A DNA stretch of 64,000 bases from contig JBNRSN020000024.1 of the NCBI GenBank assembly GCA_051313645.2, positions 12,710,001 through 12,774,000 on the forward strand, written 5' to 3'. This document shows positions 48,598 to 61,111 of this stretch, piece by piece. Every line of letters begins with the position of its first letter. Position 1 is the stretch's first letter. The notes beneath the pieces are model-generated. The model was not told the DNA's origin. It saw nothing but the letters and a program-made list of their open reading frames with translations, and did no database searches. The translations under genes were made by a program, and so were the position numbers. The DNA is from Centroscyllium fabricii (Eukaryota).

Positions 48598-49753
48598 GAT
48601 GCTTGGGGGAGACCCAGTAAAATATAAATATTGCCAGCCACCAGTCTTTATAAGTCCATTATGATTAGATTAGAATGGCTGCACAAGACATGGCCATCAA
48701 GAAGCCAGTGGCACAAGACCCAACACAAGCAGTTAAAGTGTTACTCCTTGATGGGGAGGGGGCTCAGGCAATGCTTAAAGAGGAATCAGAGGAAGCAACT
48801 GATCTTTAAAAAGGATCTGGCATCAGTAGCAGAATGTTTATGCTCAAGAATGGGATTTCTTCTTCATGACACCAAGTTTAAAGTCTGTTTGTATCTACAT
48901 GGTTAGCATGTGTCCAAAAAGTGTCACACTTGTAAATGTTACCTCAAAAAGGGACAAAATGTGAGCAAATCAAAAGTCGCAAAAGGAAATGAGTAACTGG
49001 GAGAGAAAAAAATCAAGCAATCAAATCATTTTTCCCCCCAAAGCTCCCGGTCATGATTAAGTGGTATTGTAAGCTTTTGAGCAATACAAGTTTGAGCAAT
49101 ACAAATTTGGGGATTTCACAACTAGATTTCACCAGTGATGGTATTGGGAAATGTTTCATTCTAATTATTTACATTTGCTGCTTTTTTTTGCCTTCTGGTA
49201 GCTTAAGAGTGATGTCATTTTACATTTTTGTGAAGAGTAAAGTTTCTGCTAGCTGTAAAATTATATATAGATTTCCCCATTAGCGTCCTTCAAGTTACAT
49301 TGGGCCTGAATTTGTGGTTGGCGGCTTCCCGTGGGTGAATGCCTCCAAACCGTAAGAAAAGTACGAACCTATCTGATGCTCCCGGTAGTTCGTAGATTTG
49401 CGCTCCTGGGCCTCTACGCAGGAGTGAAGGCCCACAAATCCCAGGAGCGCAAGTGGTTCACAAGCGCCCCTGGGATCATGTGGACCAGGCTGATCAATCA
49501 AAAAGGGAATCCCATTATGCTTATTGGGATTCCATTTACGTACAGAATCCCCATAAGCATGAATAGGAATCCCCTAAAAAACACAATTTACACACCAGTT
49601 AAATAAAAATAAATTAAATGTTCAAAATTAATTAAAATACAATTAAATTAAAGAATTAAAACAAAAAAATGTAAATGTTTTAAAGGGGCTAAAAATAACC
49701 TATAATGAATTTTAGTTTTTTTATGTTTACATAATTTTTAAAAAAATGTAATA

Positions 49754-50764
49754 CACGTTGAGCAGTTATACCGGCACGGGCGTGACTAGGCCCAGGCTGG
49801 TAGAGCGAAAAAACCGGAAGAATGAAGCTGGCCAGTGCGCAAATGGCCGTGCGCATGCGCATAACATTGCAAGCACAAAAATCGCCTCTCTCTCTCCTTG
49901 CCACAGGATTGACAGGAGGTTTGTGATTGGTGGAGCAGCCCATCACCCTAGCCGCAGGATTGACAGGCTGCTCCACCAATCACAAGCCTCCTATCACCCT
50001 AGCCGCAGGATTGACAGGCTGCTCCACCAATCACAAGCCTCCCATCACCCTAGCTGCAGGATTGACAGGCTGCTTTACCAATCACAAGCCTCCTCTCCCC
50101 CCCCAGCCACAGGATTGACAGGTCATTCCACCAATCACAAACCTCTTGCCACCCCGCCCGCCACCACCCAATCAAGGCCAGCCAGGCGGGACCTGCCCCC
50201 GTTTCAAGCACGGTTGAGGGTGCGCAGTAAACACCGCAGCTCTTAAAGGGGAATGGCGAGCGCATGCGCAGATCATGCGAAATGGCCGCCGGAAGTTGGG
50301 CCCTCGATGTCGGGCATCTGCTCCTCATCAGACAGGTTGGAGGAGGCCTCCTCCTTCTCCTCCTCGTCTCTCAGCGACTCAGAGCCGCCGGAGCTCTCTG
50401 CCTCCTGAGTCCGAGTCGCTGCTGCCTTCCATGGGGTCGGCGTCTCCTGAAGCCATCGGGACGGTAAGTGTGAATGCTGGCTGATCAAAGGCTGGAGCGG
50501 GCCCTGCTGCTCTCTCTCGTCTGTCCTCTCCTGTCTGTCTGCTCGCCCAGACTGCCCTGCGCATGCGCAAAATGGATGCCGCGATCAAGGCTTCGACGAA
50601 TGATCTGCGCATGCGCCGCCGAACAGCGCGCACATGCGCAAATCATTCGCCGAAGCGTCGATCGCGGCAGCCATTTTGCGCATGCGCAGGGCAGTCAGGG
50701 CGGTTTGTGCCGGACGGCTGAAGTTGCCGGCTTTTCGGTTACCGGATTAACGGCGCTCAACCTG
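49754..50764. mobile_element. Tigger-like MITE, TA TSD, with internal 51-bp tandem array
   Basis: cacgttgagcagttataccggc / ccggattaacggcgctcaacctg with flanking TA; nested in an older element starting ~49302. Confidence 0.85.
49900..50145. repeat. 51-bp tandem array (about 5 units, first partly inverted)
   Basis: Unit catcaccctagccgcaggattgacaggctgctccaccaatcacaagcctcc at 49941, 49992 and 50043. Confidence 0.92.
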
Positions 50765-50943
50765 TATTCGCTTTTACCAGGAGTAAAAGTTTCACAGGCA
50801 TTCGCTGGTCTGTAGTTGGGCAAATAGCCCAACTCTCCGCCAGCAAATGTCCAATTCCCGGGGATGCAGTGGATCTGTTAAGCTGAAACTTCGTGGTATG
50901 AGTCAGCTGACACTTCACTACATTAACTGGACTTTCGCAAAGG

Positions 50944-51401
50944 CAGGGCGTGACAAAACCGCTTGCCGGGGAAAGCAAAATGCGCCGAAGGGCAAGCAAA
51001 AGAAAATCGCACTTGCCTGGTCGGGCAAGTGTGATGTATTTCACACTGACGCCGGATACGGGTGGGTGGATCCCGTCCTGGAGGCGGGCGGCGTGGCAGG
51101 GATTGGAGGAGGCGGGTGTCAATCGGGACGGGGCAGCAATCAAGTTAGGTGGAGCGGGCTGGTGGAACGCGGCAACAGTGGGTCGGTGCTGTCGACCTGC
51201 TTGGGGGTGGGGTGGGGGGGGGGGGGGAGAAAAAACCTGAGCGGCTTCTGAGAAGAAAAAAAGGTGTGGAAGGTACTAATACTAATGTAATACTAATAAA
51301 AATGTAAAATCTTCAGTTATTTCTTTAAAAATTTCAGGCAAGTGAAATTTGTGTTTGGGCAAGTATTTTAGAAATCCACTTGCCCGACTTGTAGCACCCT
51401 G
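50944..51401. mobile_element. hAT-like non-autonomous element
   Basis: Termini CAGGGCGTGACAA / ttgtagcaccctg, subterminal cttgccc repeats, flanked by a duplicated GCAAAGG. Confidence 0.65.
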
Positions 51402-51684
51402 GCAAAGGTAATAATGAGAGAAACTGCATCAGCAAAGAAACACTAGAACTGGACAGAGACACATACAATGAGGCGAGACAGACAAACATAGGGAAGAGAG
51501 GAAAGACTTACAGAAAGGGCGACAGTGAGAAAGAGTCAGCCACAGTGCAAAAATCATACAGAAAGAGCTAGAGTGGCAAACAGAAAGATAGAGGACCACA
51601 ATGAATTAAATTGTGAAAGAAGGAAGGAAAGAAATGATCATTTTTCTTCATTAACCCTATGACCAGTGCTCAAAAGCAGCAAAA

Positions 51685-52695
51685 AGTCACCCATCTGGAT
51701 GGGATGCATCCTAGGTTGCCAAGAGAAGGGTGGAAACAGCGGAGGCTCTGACCACAATCTTTCAATCCTCCTTAGATAGGAGAGTGGTGCCAGAGGACTG
51801 CAAATGTTACACCATGTTCAAAAAATACAAGATGGATAAACCTGGCAAATACAGGCCAGTCAGCCCAACACTGGTGGTGGGGCAACTTTGAGACAGAATA
51901 ATCCAGAACAAAATTAATTGGCATTTGGAAAAATATGGGTTAATAAATGAAAGCCAGCACGGATTCGTTAAAGGCAACTCATGTTTGGCTAACTTGACTT
52001 GAGTTGAGTTCCATCATGAAGTAATGGAGAGGGTTGTTGAACGTAGTGCGGTTGATGTTGTGTATACGGTCTTTCAAAAAGCGTTTGATAAAGTACCACA
52101 TAATAAACTGGTTAGCAAAATTGAAGCCCATGAGATTAAAGGACAGTGGCTCCGTGGATATGAAATTGGCTAACAGAAAGCAGAGAGTAATGGTGAACGG
52201 TTGTTTTTCTAGACTGGAGGAAAGTGCGCAGTGGTGTTCCCCAGGGGTCAGTGTTGGGACCAATGCTCTATTTGGTATTTATTAATGACCTGGACTTTGA
52301 TATACAGGGCATAATTTCAAAGTCTGCAGATGACATGGAATTCAGAAATGTCGTAAAGTGAGGAGGATAGTAACAGACTTTAAGAGGACATAGACAGACT
52401 GGTGAAATGGGCAGAGGTGGGGTTTAACGAGCATCTTAAAAAAGGTGTAGAGGCAATGATATATATTTTTTAAATACACAGTGAATTATGATGATCTGGA
52501 ATGCACTGCCTGAAGGAGTGGTGGAAGATTATTCAATAATGACTTACAAAAAGGAATTGAATAAATACTTGAAGGGGAAAAATGTGCAGGGCTATGGGGA
52601 AAGAGCAGGGAAGTGGGACTAATTGGAGAGCTCGTTCAAAGAGCCGGCACAGGCACGATGGGCCGAATGGTTTCCTTCTGTTCTCTATGATTCTA
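51685..52695 (+). mobile_element. Old degraded CR1 fragment
   Basis: Remnants of RT (cagcacggattcgttaaaggc, gcgtttgataaagtaccaca) and the CR1 tail. Boundaries approximate. Confidence 0.75.
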
Positions 52696-52730
52696 AGCAA
52701 TCAAATAGTCGGAAAAAGCCAACTAGTTTG

Positions 52731-53006
52731 TGCTGCACAATCAATTACTGTGAGTCGGTGAAGTAAAGCAATTGAGGCTTTTATTAACAAAGAACTGGAG
52801 TACAGGTCTTGTCACTATCAGGTCCTGGAATGCCACGAGGTCAGCAGGGCTGCCACCTTTATAACTCAGTCTGTGGGTGGAGCCTGGAGGCGGAGCCGGC
52901 TGAGGCATTCCAGGTAGATCCCAGGTGGGCAAGAGGTAACCATGTACAATACAATACAGAGACTATGTACAATACAGCCGGTATTAGTGGTAAACGGTTT
53001 ACCACA
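52731..53006 (-). mobile_element. Solo LTR, 276 bp, GTTTG TSD
   Basis: Minus strand TGTGG...GCAGCA with TATAAA and AATAAA in order; GTTTG at 52726-52730 and 53007-53011. Confidence 0.85.
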
Positions 53007-53340
53007 GTTTGCTAATGTCTTTTAGGGAAGAAAACCTGCTATGCTTACCAGGTCTGGCCGATGCGACTCCAGTCCCACAGCAATGTTGTTGACTCTTAAC
53101 TGCCGTCTGAAGTGGCCTAGCAAGACAGTCAGTTGTACAAGGGCAACTAGGAAAGGGCAATAAATGCCAGCCTTGCCAGTGATGTCCACAACCAGAGAAT
53201 GAATACATATTTTTAATAAACGCACAATTAGAAGATACAGGCACAGATCACCATACACCGTGACACTGACCTGATCTGTCCCATCAGCCCATTTACAGAA
53301 AACAGGACAATTGGAACAACCCATGTAGAGAATCTCTCAC

Positions 53341-53418
53341 CTTAATGTCTTTTAGTACCAGCCCTTCCAGGCCCTGCCTGATAACCCTATTGATCATTTC
53401 TCCCAGATCGGAGGCCCT
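53341..53418 (-). CDS. LIG3: DNA ligase III exon (motif IV, EGLVLK)
   Basis: RASDLGEMINRVIRQGLEGLVLKDIK, AG/GT. Confidence 0.97.
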
Positions 53419-53774
53419 CTGTGAAAACAGGATGCAAGATAAATTTAGAGTCAATAAAATTTATACTCATTTTATCAATTAAGATGATTAGCTACAGAGA
53501 TGATCACCACTAGTGATTACTGCCTTTAAATTGAAACATTTGTTTGATTTGAATTTTGCTTAAAGTTAAACTGTTTACATGGGATAACACGAGAGTTGAT
53601 GGAGATTTGCTCCCAAGAACAGCATGGCAATTCCAGAGTGAATAAACTTGACCAAAGTTGCAAGAGAACAGAGTTCTTTAATGCAAGACCCTAATCTATA
53701 GAACTGGTCAAGTCTAATGCTACGGACCAACAAGATCAAGTGTTTCTCTCCAGTGATAAAGACGCACACACCGA

Positions 53775-54550
53775 GGGGGGGGGGGGGGGGGGGGGTGATT
53801 TTCATGTCCCCGTGAGGCGGGGTTTTCGGCGGGTCGGCCGGCAAAATCGCGGAACCGGCGGGTCGCGAACCCCCCCACCGGATCGCCACGGCTTTGACAT
53901 TCTGCCCCGCCCTGACTCCCCGCCCAGAAACCTTCCCACCGGCAGCCGGCAGGGATGGGCTGTCACCTCATTAAGCGCCCTTAATTGGCGTGTGTAATGC
54001 CATTTTAGGGCCCTTCCGAATTTTCATCCCATTCCCACCCTAACCCCGCCAGCCTAATACCCCGCTGGTGAAACCCAGCGGGAACACAGCGCTGTTCATT
54101 ACTTTCTCCTTCAAGATGCTGCAAAATGCTTGGCATGCCTTCAGCACCTTAGTGGTGGGTGCACCAGCTGTGGGCAAAAACTGAGAAATCTCAGCTTTGC
54201 ACATTTCCTGGCGGCCGGTGCCGAGCGGTCAAGGATTCGGAGCCTGCCCGCCCACCTGTCAGTCACCAGCACTTGACCTTTCCCATTGGTTCCACTCGAC
54301 TATGATGTCACAGTGGAGTGTTTCCATGGGAACTGCCAACAACCAGTGCTGGGACTGTCAATCAAGCTCCTCGCAGCCGGCTGCAGCTCCGACTCGATTG
54401 AGTCAATTACCACCGGCTGCCGCACGCGGGGATTTAATTACTCAATTAAATTAAAATTGCGTGGGGTTCCCAAGTCTTTGGGCGGGCGGGACAGGAACCC
54501 ACCCCGGCCAATCCCGCCAGGTTCCCGCACTTCCGGCAAAATCCTCCCCC
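53775..54550. mobile_element. ~780-bp non-autonomous element (family copy 3, inverted)
   Basis: Reverse complement of 29215-29997 and 34638-35430. Confidence 0.7.
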
Positions 54551-55029
54551 TCATGTGCATCGCTGGTAGCGTGACAAGACAAGACATCAATTAGATAGGA
54601 CAATATATTGGTTGTCTAATAACACAGTGATATAATTGAGATGTTTCCACAACATAGCCTGTGAGAGAAGAGTTATTATAAATTTAGGATTGAAAGAACT
54701 TTCAGGATTGTGTTACTATCTGTAATATATAGTTCCAGACAGCGGTCATTGTATATACCATACATACAATTATGGTTTCCATTTTTTGTTGCTATTTTGT
54801 GCTCAAGATAACCAACTTTAATAAATGTGATTTTTGCCCAGAAGTAATATGATTTTTTAATCAGAAGGCAACATACACCAAGAGCCTGGACTAGCAGGGA
54901 GAAAGCAGCAGAATCACGAGTTAAATGGCAAACAGAGCCAAGTGGTAATGAGATAATAACTTACATTTATAGAACGCTTTGAATGTCGGAAAATATCCCA
55001 CAGCGCTTCACAGGAACATAATCAGACAA

Positions 55030-55875
55030 GCAGGCACAGCAGGTGGTCAGGAAGGCCAACGGAATGTTGGCTTTTATTGCTAAGGGGATGGAGTATAAAA
55101 GCAGGGAGGTCTTGCTGCAGTTGTACAGGGTATTGGTGACACCACACCTGGAGTATTGCGTACAGTTCTGGTGTCCATATTTAAGAAAAGACATACTTGC
55201 TCTCGAGGCAGTACAAAGAAGGTTCACTAGGTTAATTCCGGCGATGAGGGGGCTGACATATGACGAGAGTTTGAGTAGATTGGGCATCTACTCATTGGAG
55301 TTCAGAAGAATGAGAGGCGATCTTACTGAAACACACAAGATTGTGAAGGGGCTTGATCGGGTGGATGCAGTGAGGATGTTCCCAATGGTGGGTGAAACTA
55401 GGACTAGGGGGCATGATCTTAAAATAAGGGGCTGCCATTTCAAAACTGAGATGAGGAGAAACTTCTTCACTCAGAGGGTGGTGGGGCTGTGGAATTTGCT
55501 GCCCCAGAGAGCTGTGGAAGCTACTACATTGAATAAATTTAAAACAGAGATAGACAGTTTCCTGGAAGTAAAGGGAATTAGGGGTTATGGTGAGCGGGCA
55601 GGTAAGTGGACGTGAGGCTAGGTTCAGATCGGCCATGTGATCTCCTGGACCAGTTTTCGATCGCCAAGATGGGTCGGAGAGGAATTTCCCAGATTTTTTC
55701 TCCCAAATTGACCACTGGGTTTTTATCTGTTTTTTCGCCTCTCCCGGGTGATCACATGGGTTTGGGCGGGATGGAGAGTAAAAATAAAATTGAGGTTGGG
55801 ATCAGATATGATGTTGTTGAATGTCGGAGCAGGCTCGAGGGGCCGATTGGCCTACTCCTGCTCCTATTTATGCTC
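55030..55875 (+). mobile_element. CR1 3' fragment, extended-3'UTR subfamily, inserted in an L2 tail
   Basis: ORF 55043-55615 is open; same 3' module as 12497-12770. Confidence 0.87.
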
Positions 55876-56739
55876 TTAAGCACAAACACTGAGCCACAGA
55901 TGGAGATATTACAATACAGGGGTATTAGGACAGGTGACTAAAAGCTTGGTCAAAGAGGTAGATCTTAAGGAGGGTCTGAAAGGAGGAGAGAGGTGGAGAG
56001 GCAAAGAGGTTTTGGGGGAGGTGGGGGGGTGTGGATTTCAGAGTTTAGGGCCACAGCCCCTACCCATCAACCTCAGTGCTCTCCCTCTAATGTTTTGGGG
56101 AGGTGCGCGGCCCGTTCAAATTGCCACGCATGTGCGGTTTTCCATTATAAAACCTGCAAGCGGCCTGCATGGGACCCCCCAGACAACTGTGCGGCCGCGT
56201 AGCTTAACGGGAACATTGCTCCCTACACCTCATGTTATGTGCTGTCAAATGATGTTAATGAGCTACCTCTGCATTGAAGGGCGAGACCCGCTCATTTGGT
56301 TTCAGACGCGTATGCCGGTGTGTTTTAGCCAGTGATGTGATGGCTCACACATTAAAAAAAAAAATCATTCATGGGATGTGGGCATCGCTGGCAATGCCAG
56401 CATTTACTGCCCATCCCCAATTACCTGCGAGAAGGTGATGGTGAGCCACCTTTTTGAACTGTGCTCTTATTAGCCATTTCAGAGGGCAGTTAAGAGTCAA
56501 CCACATTGCAGTGGCCTGGAGACATATAGGCCAGACCGGGTAAAGACAGCAGATTTCCTTCCCTGAAGGACATTAGTGAACTAGATGAGTTTTTACGACA
56601 ATCCGATAGTTTCATGGTCACCATTACTGATACCAGCTTTTTATTCCAGATTTATTTAGTTGAATTTAAATTGCCCAGCTGCTGTGGTGGGATTTGAACT
56701 CACGTCCCTGGATTAGTCCAAGCCTCTGGATTACTAGTA

Positions 56740-57361
56740 CAGGTTGAGCAGCGTTAATCCGGCAGGGTCGGGACCAGCACCCTGCCGAATTTGTGAAAGC
56801 GCCGAAGGATTGAAGCTTCGGCGGCGCATGCGCAGAGCATTCAAAATGGCCACCGCGAAATTTTGAATGCTCTGCGCATGCGCCGCCGGCACCGGGAAGG
56901 TGAGTTTCGGCCCAAGGGTCGGGTGGAACTCACAAGACGCACTCGATTCTGCTGCCCATGGCGGATCAGGGAGCGGGCTGCACGGCTCCAGCAGGCCTGA
57001 GGCCCAATGCGCGGCTCAAGCCCGGCTCACGTGACTCCACCGCACACCAGCTTCGGAACGCGGTGACGTCAGCACGCTGCAGCCTCCGGCAGCAATGGGG
57101 AGCCGGGCACTGAGTTTTGGTTGTACCGCGTCCTGCGAAAGGCAGCTGGCACAACAGCTCATTTTCTGGGCCTGGGATTCACCATTGGCATCGGGGTGGT
57201 CACTAAGCCGGGATCCAATGAGTATCTGTTAGGTGAAAGGGAAGCCCAGCCCCGACGGTGGCCATTTTGAATTGTCTGTGCATGCGCCGGGCAGTCGGGG
57301 AAATCTGTGCCGGACTAAAGCTGCCAGTTTTTCGGGTACCGGATTAACGGTACTCAACCTG
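56740..57361. mobile_element. Tigger-like MITE, TA TSD; inverted sister of 15304-16055 lacking the internal duplication
   Basis: CAGGTTGAGCAGCGTTAATCCGG / ccggattaacggtactcaacctg with flanking TA. Confidence 0.9.
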
Positions 57362-58249
57362 TATAGTAACATACCCACTATGCTACCGTTCCCACATTGT
57401 GATACATGTTCTGCTATGCTAATTATGAGACTGAGGTTCTGTTCTCTTCAGGCAGGCCCTGTGTCTTGGTGTGTTGAAGAGAAAAAAAGACTGATCCACT
57501 GCATTACAGTAGAAATTTTTGTTAACCAAAAGGTATTAAAGGATGTAGGGCAAAGGCAGGTATACGGAGTTAGGTCACAGATCAGCCATGATCTCAGTGA
57601 ATGGTGGAACAGGCTCGAGGAGCGAAATGGCTGACTCCTGTTCCTAAGTTTGCAATTCACTTGCAATAATGTCTGAAGTTCTGGCAGAAGCCACAGACCA
57701 CTTAGTGATTGAGCTGCATCACAGTATCAGAAAAACCTACATAAGTGGCAATGTAAGAACACGAGATAGGAAAGAGTGATGAAAGGGCATTCAATCAGCC
57801 CGTCATTTAGATCCATGTCTGGGACAAAGACCACGGAGCAAATTTATGAATTTGCACTCTTGACACAGGTTGCGTGATGGGATTGCAGACTGGGAATTCA
57901 GGAAAGGAAGTCATTATTGGTGAGCAATCTTCTGGGACATGCAGAGCGCCATGCCTGAATTCCCTATATGCACTCCCATTGTGTAAAGCTCTACGCCAAG
58001 AGTGCCAACTCATACAAATCTACCTTGCGGTCTTGTCCCTCCAATCTGACCACCAAGCCAATATCCGTATGTGCCCTGCTGAATCAGTCAAATTTCCGGT
58101 TTAAAAGCTTCAAATAAATTGGCGTTACACCTTGATCATTGAACACCAACTTAAAACTGAACGAAGAAAACCCAGACCATTTCAGTCAGGACTACATGCA
58201 ACATTGAGACATTTGTGAAAGATTCCACTTAAAGCATGACTGTACTCAC

Positions 58250-58337
58250 AGTCACATGTTTCATCTCTGAAAACATAATCCTATTGGGGATTTCAACCAT
58301 GTTATCATGAAGTAATTGCTTTCGCTCACTGATTGGT
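58250..58337 (-). CDS. LIG3: DNA ligase III exon
   Basis: PISERKQLLHDNMVEIPNRIMFSEMKHVT, 88 nt, AG/GT. Confidence 0.96.
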
Positions 58338-58614
58338 CTGTGAAGATATAAAAAGCATATTTAAATAAATCACAAGGGTGTGTGGGTAAAGGAGGCCATT
58401 GGGCCAGTCTAGCTCATCCTGCCATAGAAATCTACAATTCCCCCATCCCCCAAAAGCTGCAATTATAAGAAGTGGAGATGCTGGAAGCCAGAGATAGGAA
58501 GCCAAATTTCTAAATGGCCCAAGGGAAAAGGTTGGGACACCCAAGTCTCGCACAATCAGTTGCAACACCAGGGATAAATGTGCCAGCTTTTCTAAAGCTG
58601 GCAAGCAGGGAGAC

Positions 58615-58652
<38 letters not shown>

Positions 58653-58860
58653 GGTCTTTCTGGCCACCAGCCTTTGACTATCTGGTCAATATGTTGGGTG
58701 CTGATGCTGACTGCATTGGAGTCAGCAGCCAGTGGCACTAGCACAATATAAAAACAGCTTAGGAGTAGTCATTCAATGATACAATAAGCACCATGGTGTC
58801 TGTTAAGAGCCAGGATCACAAGGAATTTCAAATGCATGCTGATTTGGGAGATGTACAGAC

Positions 58861-58940
58861 CTGTTCATGAGGCTGACTCCATTGAAATAAATGCAGTCGA
58901 AGACAAAAAGACAAACGTTAGCATCCTTGAAGGCGCATTT
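58861..58940 (-). CDS. LIG3: DNA ligase III exon (motif IIIa)
   Basis: KCAFKDANVCLFVFDCIYFNGVSLMNR, AG/GT. Confidence 0.96.
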
Positions 58941-60148
58941 CTGGAACAGGAAGAAAATAGATTTTAACAGTTTGTCAAACTAATACACATACAATTCTAG
59001 CGTCCACTGTTCACTAGTCTAAAAGAATATTCCAACCGCCATCCTTCAGACCAAAGGTGCTGACTCTTGCTGGGGTACAGCTTCACTGTTGGCAGCCTTC
59101 TGTTACCCCACCCAAGTGGCCATTCTTTATGTATGAGCTTAGGTGTCCTCAGCAAACTCCAAGACTATGGGGATGCACCCCAGCGGAGCCCAATCTGTCC
59201 ACACATGTGCACTCGATAGTGATCAGGAATGTGAAACTCAGCTGAATTTTCCACTGCCTAGCTCAGGGTGCTGAAGCCGTCTGCTAGCTGGACGAGATCA
59301 GCTATCTCAAACAGATCAGGCACCAAACCTGGGACCCTTCCCGTTTGTATGGCTTAGTTCCACACCAGCAGTTACAAAGTCATCAAGCACCTTCTCACAG
59401 AAGCGCACAAGCTTTTAAATCAAAAGCATGGCAAGTGATTGCACTGTCCAGCAGCCACTATCAGGTGGCCAATGCAAGTGGCACATACTGTAGAAGTGAG
59501 GGGATTTTAAAAGTGCCCAAAGTGGGAAGCAGTATATTCAGGAACTTCATGTGAAGCAGTGCACAATCCTGCAGTGGGCAACCTGCAATATTCCTTTAAA
59601 GATATGTCTGGCCTCTTGGGATCATACAAAAGCTACATAGCAGGACATACAACAGGTATGGTCCATTACACAAGCTGATTTTGTGGAACATTTCAAAATG
59701 CTTTACAGAATGTTATGTCTTGTTTTGTGCAGGGAGCTGAATGGGGGAAATACTGGAATACCCTATTCTTTACAATTCTGAAGAACTTTCAAATCACTTT
59801 ATGACCCATTATTTGAATAATATTAACATCTTCCTCAAATCATTCTGTAAACGGTATATCTTGATCAAGTAGTACTGGAGAAATTAATGGGACTGAAAGC
59901 AGATAAATCCCCTGGACCTGATGGTCTACATCCTAGGGTTTTGAAAGACTTAGCTAGAGATAGTGGATGCATTTGTCATTACCTTCCAAAATCTCAGATT
60001 CTAGAACGCTTCCCGCAGATTGTGCCAACCCCACTATTTAAGAAAGGAGGGAGAGAGAAATGGGGAAGTACAGTTAGCCTGACATCAGTAGTCGGGAAAA
60101 TGCCAGAATCTATTATTAAGGATGTGGTAACAGGGCACTTAGAAAATA

Positions 60149-61111
60149 CAGGTACACAACCCTTTATCCGAAAACCTCGGGACTGGGCGGGTTCGGATAA
60201 ATATGGTTTTTAGAGTTGGCCCTAGTGCGCATGCGCATTTCCGTGTTTGCGGCCCAGCTCACAGTCGGGGAATGGCATATCGGCCGTTTAGAGCAGGAGA
60301 TCAGCCGTTTAGAGCGGGGGATCGGCCGTTTAGAGCAGCGGTCTCCAACCGCTCCGCGCATGCGCCGAATCAACGACCTTGCCGCGGACCGTCGGCTAAT
60401 GATCGGCGCATGCGCCGCCTCAGACCCAGCCGCGGCCCGCTGGCAACTGAAGGAATTGCAGCGGCAGGGTCTGTGAATCTGCGCATGCGCTGCCTCACAG
60501 ACCCAGCCGCGGCCCGCTGGCAACTGAAGGAATTGCAGCAGCAGGGTCTGTGAATCTGCGCATGCACCGCCTCACAGACCCAGCCGCGGCCCGCTGGCAA
60601 CTGAAGGATTTGCAGCGGCAGGGTCTAAGAATCGGCGCCTTCCTTCGATGCTAGACGATTCACAAACGCAAGGCAGCAGCCCAGCAGGTCAGTCTAATTA
60701 CCCCGACAGCCTAGAAAATCTCCGTCAGCACCCCCCCCACCCGCTGAGGCTAAAAAGCTCCGTCAGCAACCCCCCCCCCCCCCCCCCAGGCTAAAAAGCT
60801 CAGTCAGCCCCCCCCCCCCCGAGGCTAAAAATCTCCGTCAGAACCCCCCCCACCGGTCCGCGAAGAAATTGACAACCCCAAAACGGGCCGCGAACGCAAA
60901 AAGGTTGGGGACCACTGGTTTAGAGCGGGGGAGCAGCCGTTTAGAGCGGGGGAGCGGCTGTTTTTTCCCTCAGCATGGCATCAACAGCACGAGATGGGGT
61001 AGGAACATGTTTTTTCTGCTGCAGCTTAAATTTATTTAAGAAAAAATTGATTATGTTGGCGCAACCCTGGACTTCAGTTTTTGGAGTTGCGGATAAGGGA
61101 TTGTGTAGCTG
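60149..61111. mobile_element. Tigger4-like MITE
   Basis: CAGGTACACAACCCTTTATCCG / cggataagggattgtgtagctg; TA on the left, CA on the right. Confidence 0.8.
60336..60917. mobile_element. hAT-Charlie-like non-autonomous element, GTTTAGAG 8-bp TSD, containing 77-bp tandem repeats
   Basis: CAGCGGTCTCCAACC / ggttggggaccactg; TSD at 60328-60335 and 60918-60925; repeat units at 60423, 60500 and 60577. Confidence 0.88.

Noticed and set aside
49758-51251. Many GC-rich ORFs on both strands
   Set aside because: They lie inside non-autonomous elements and tandem repeats and are open because of GC content.
56074-56218. Short CAGTG...CATTG hAT-like element
   Set aside because: Termini are suggestive but no TSD is visible; not enough support to call.
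60281-60960. Repeated GTTTAGAGC resembling a Cas9 CRISPR repeat start
   Set aside because: 21-bp tandem units without unique spacers, no cas genes, eukaryotic context; one pair is a hAT TSD.
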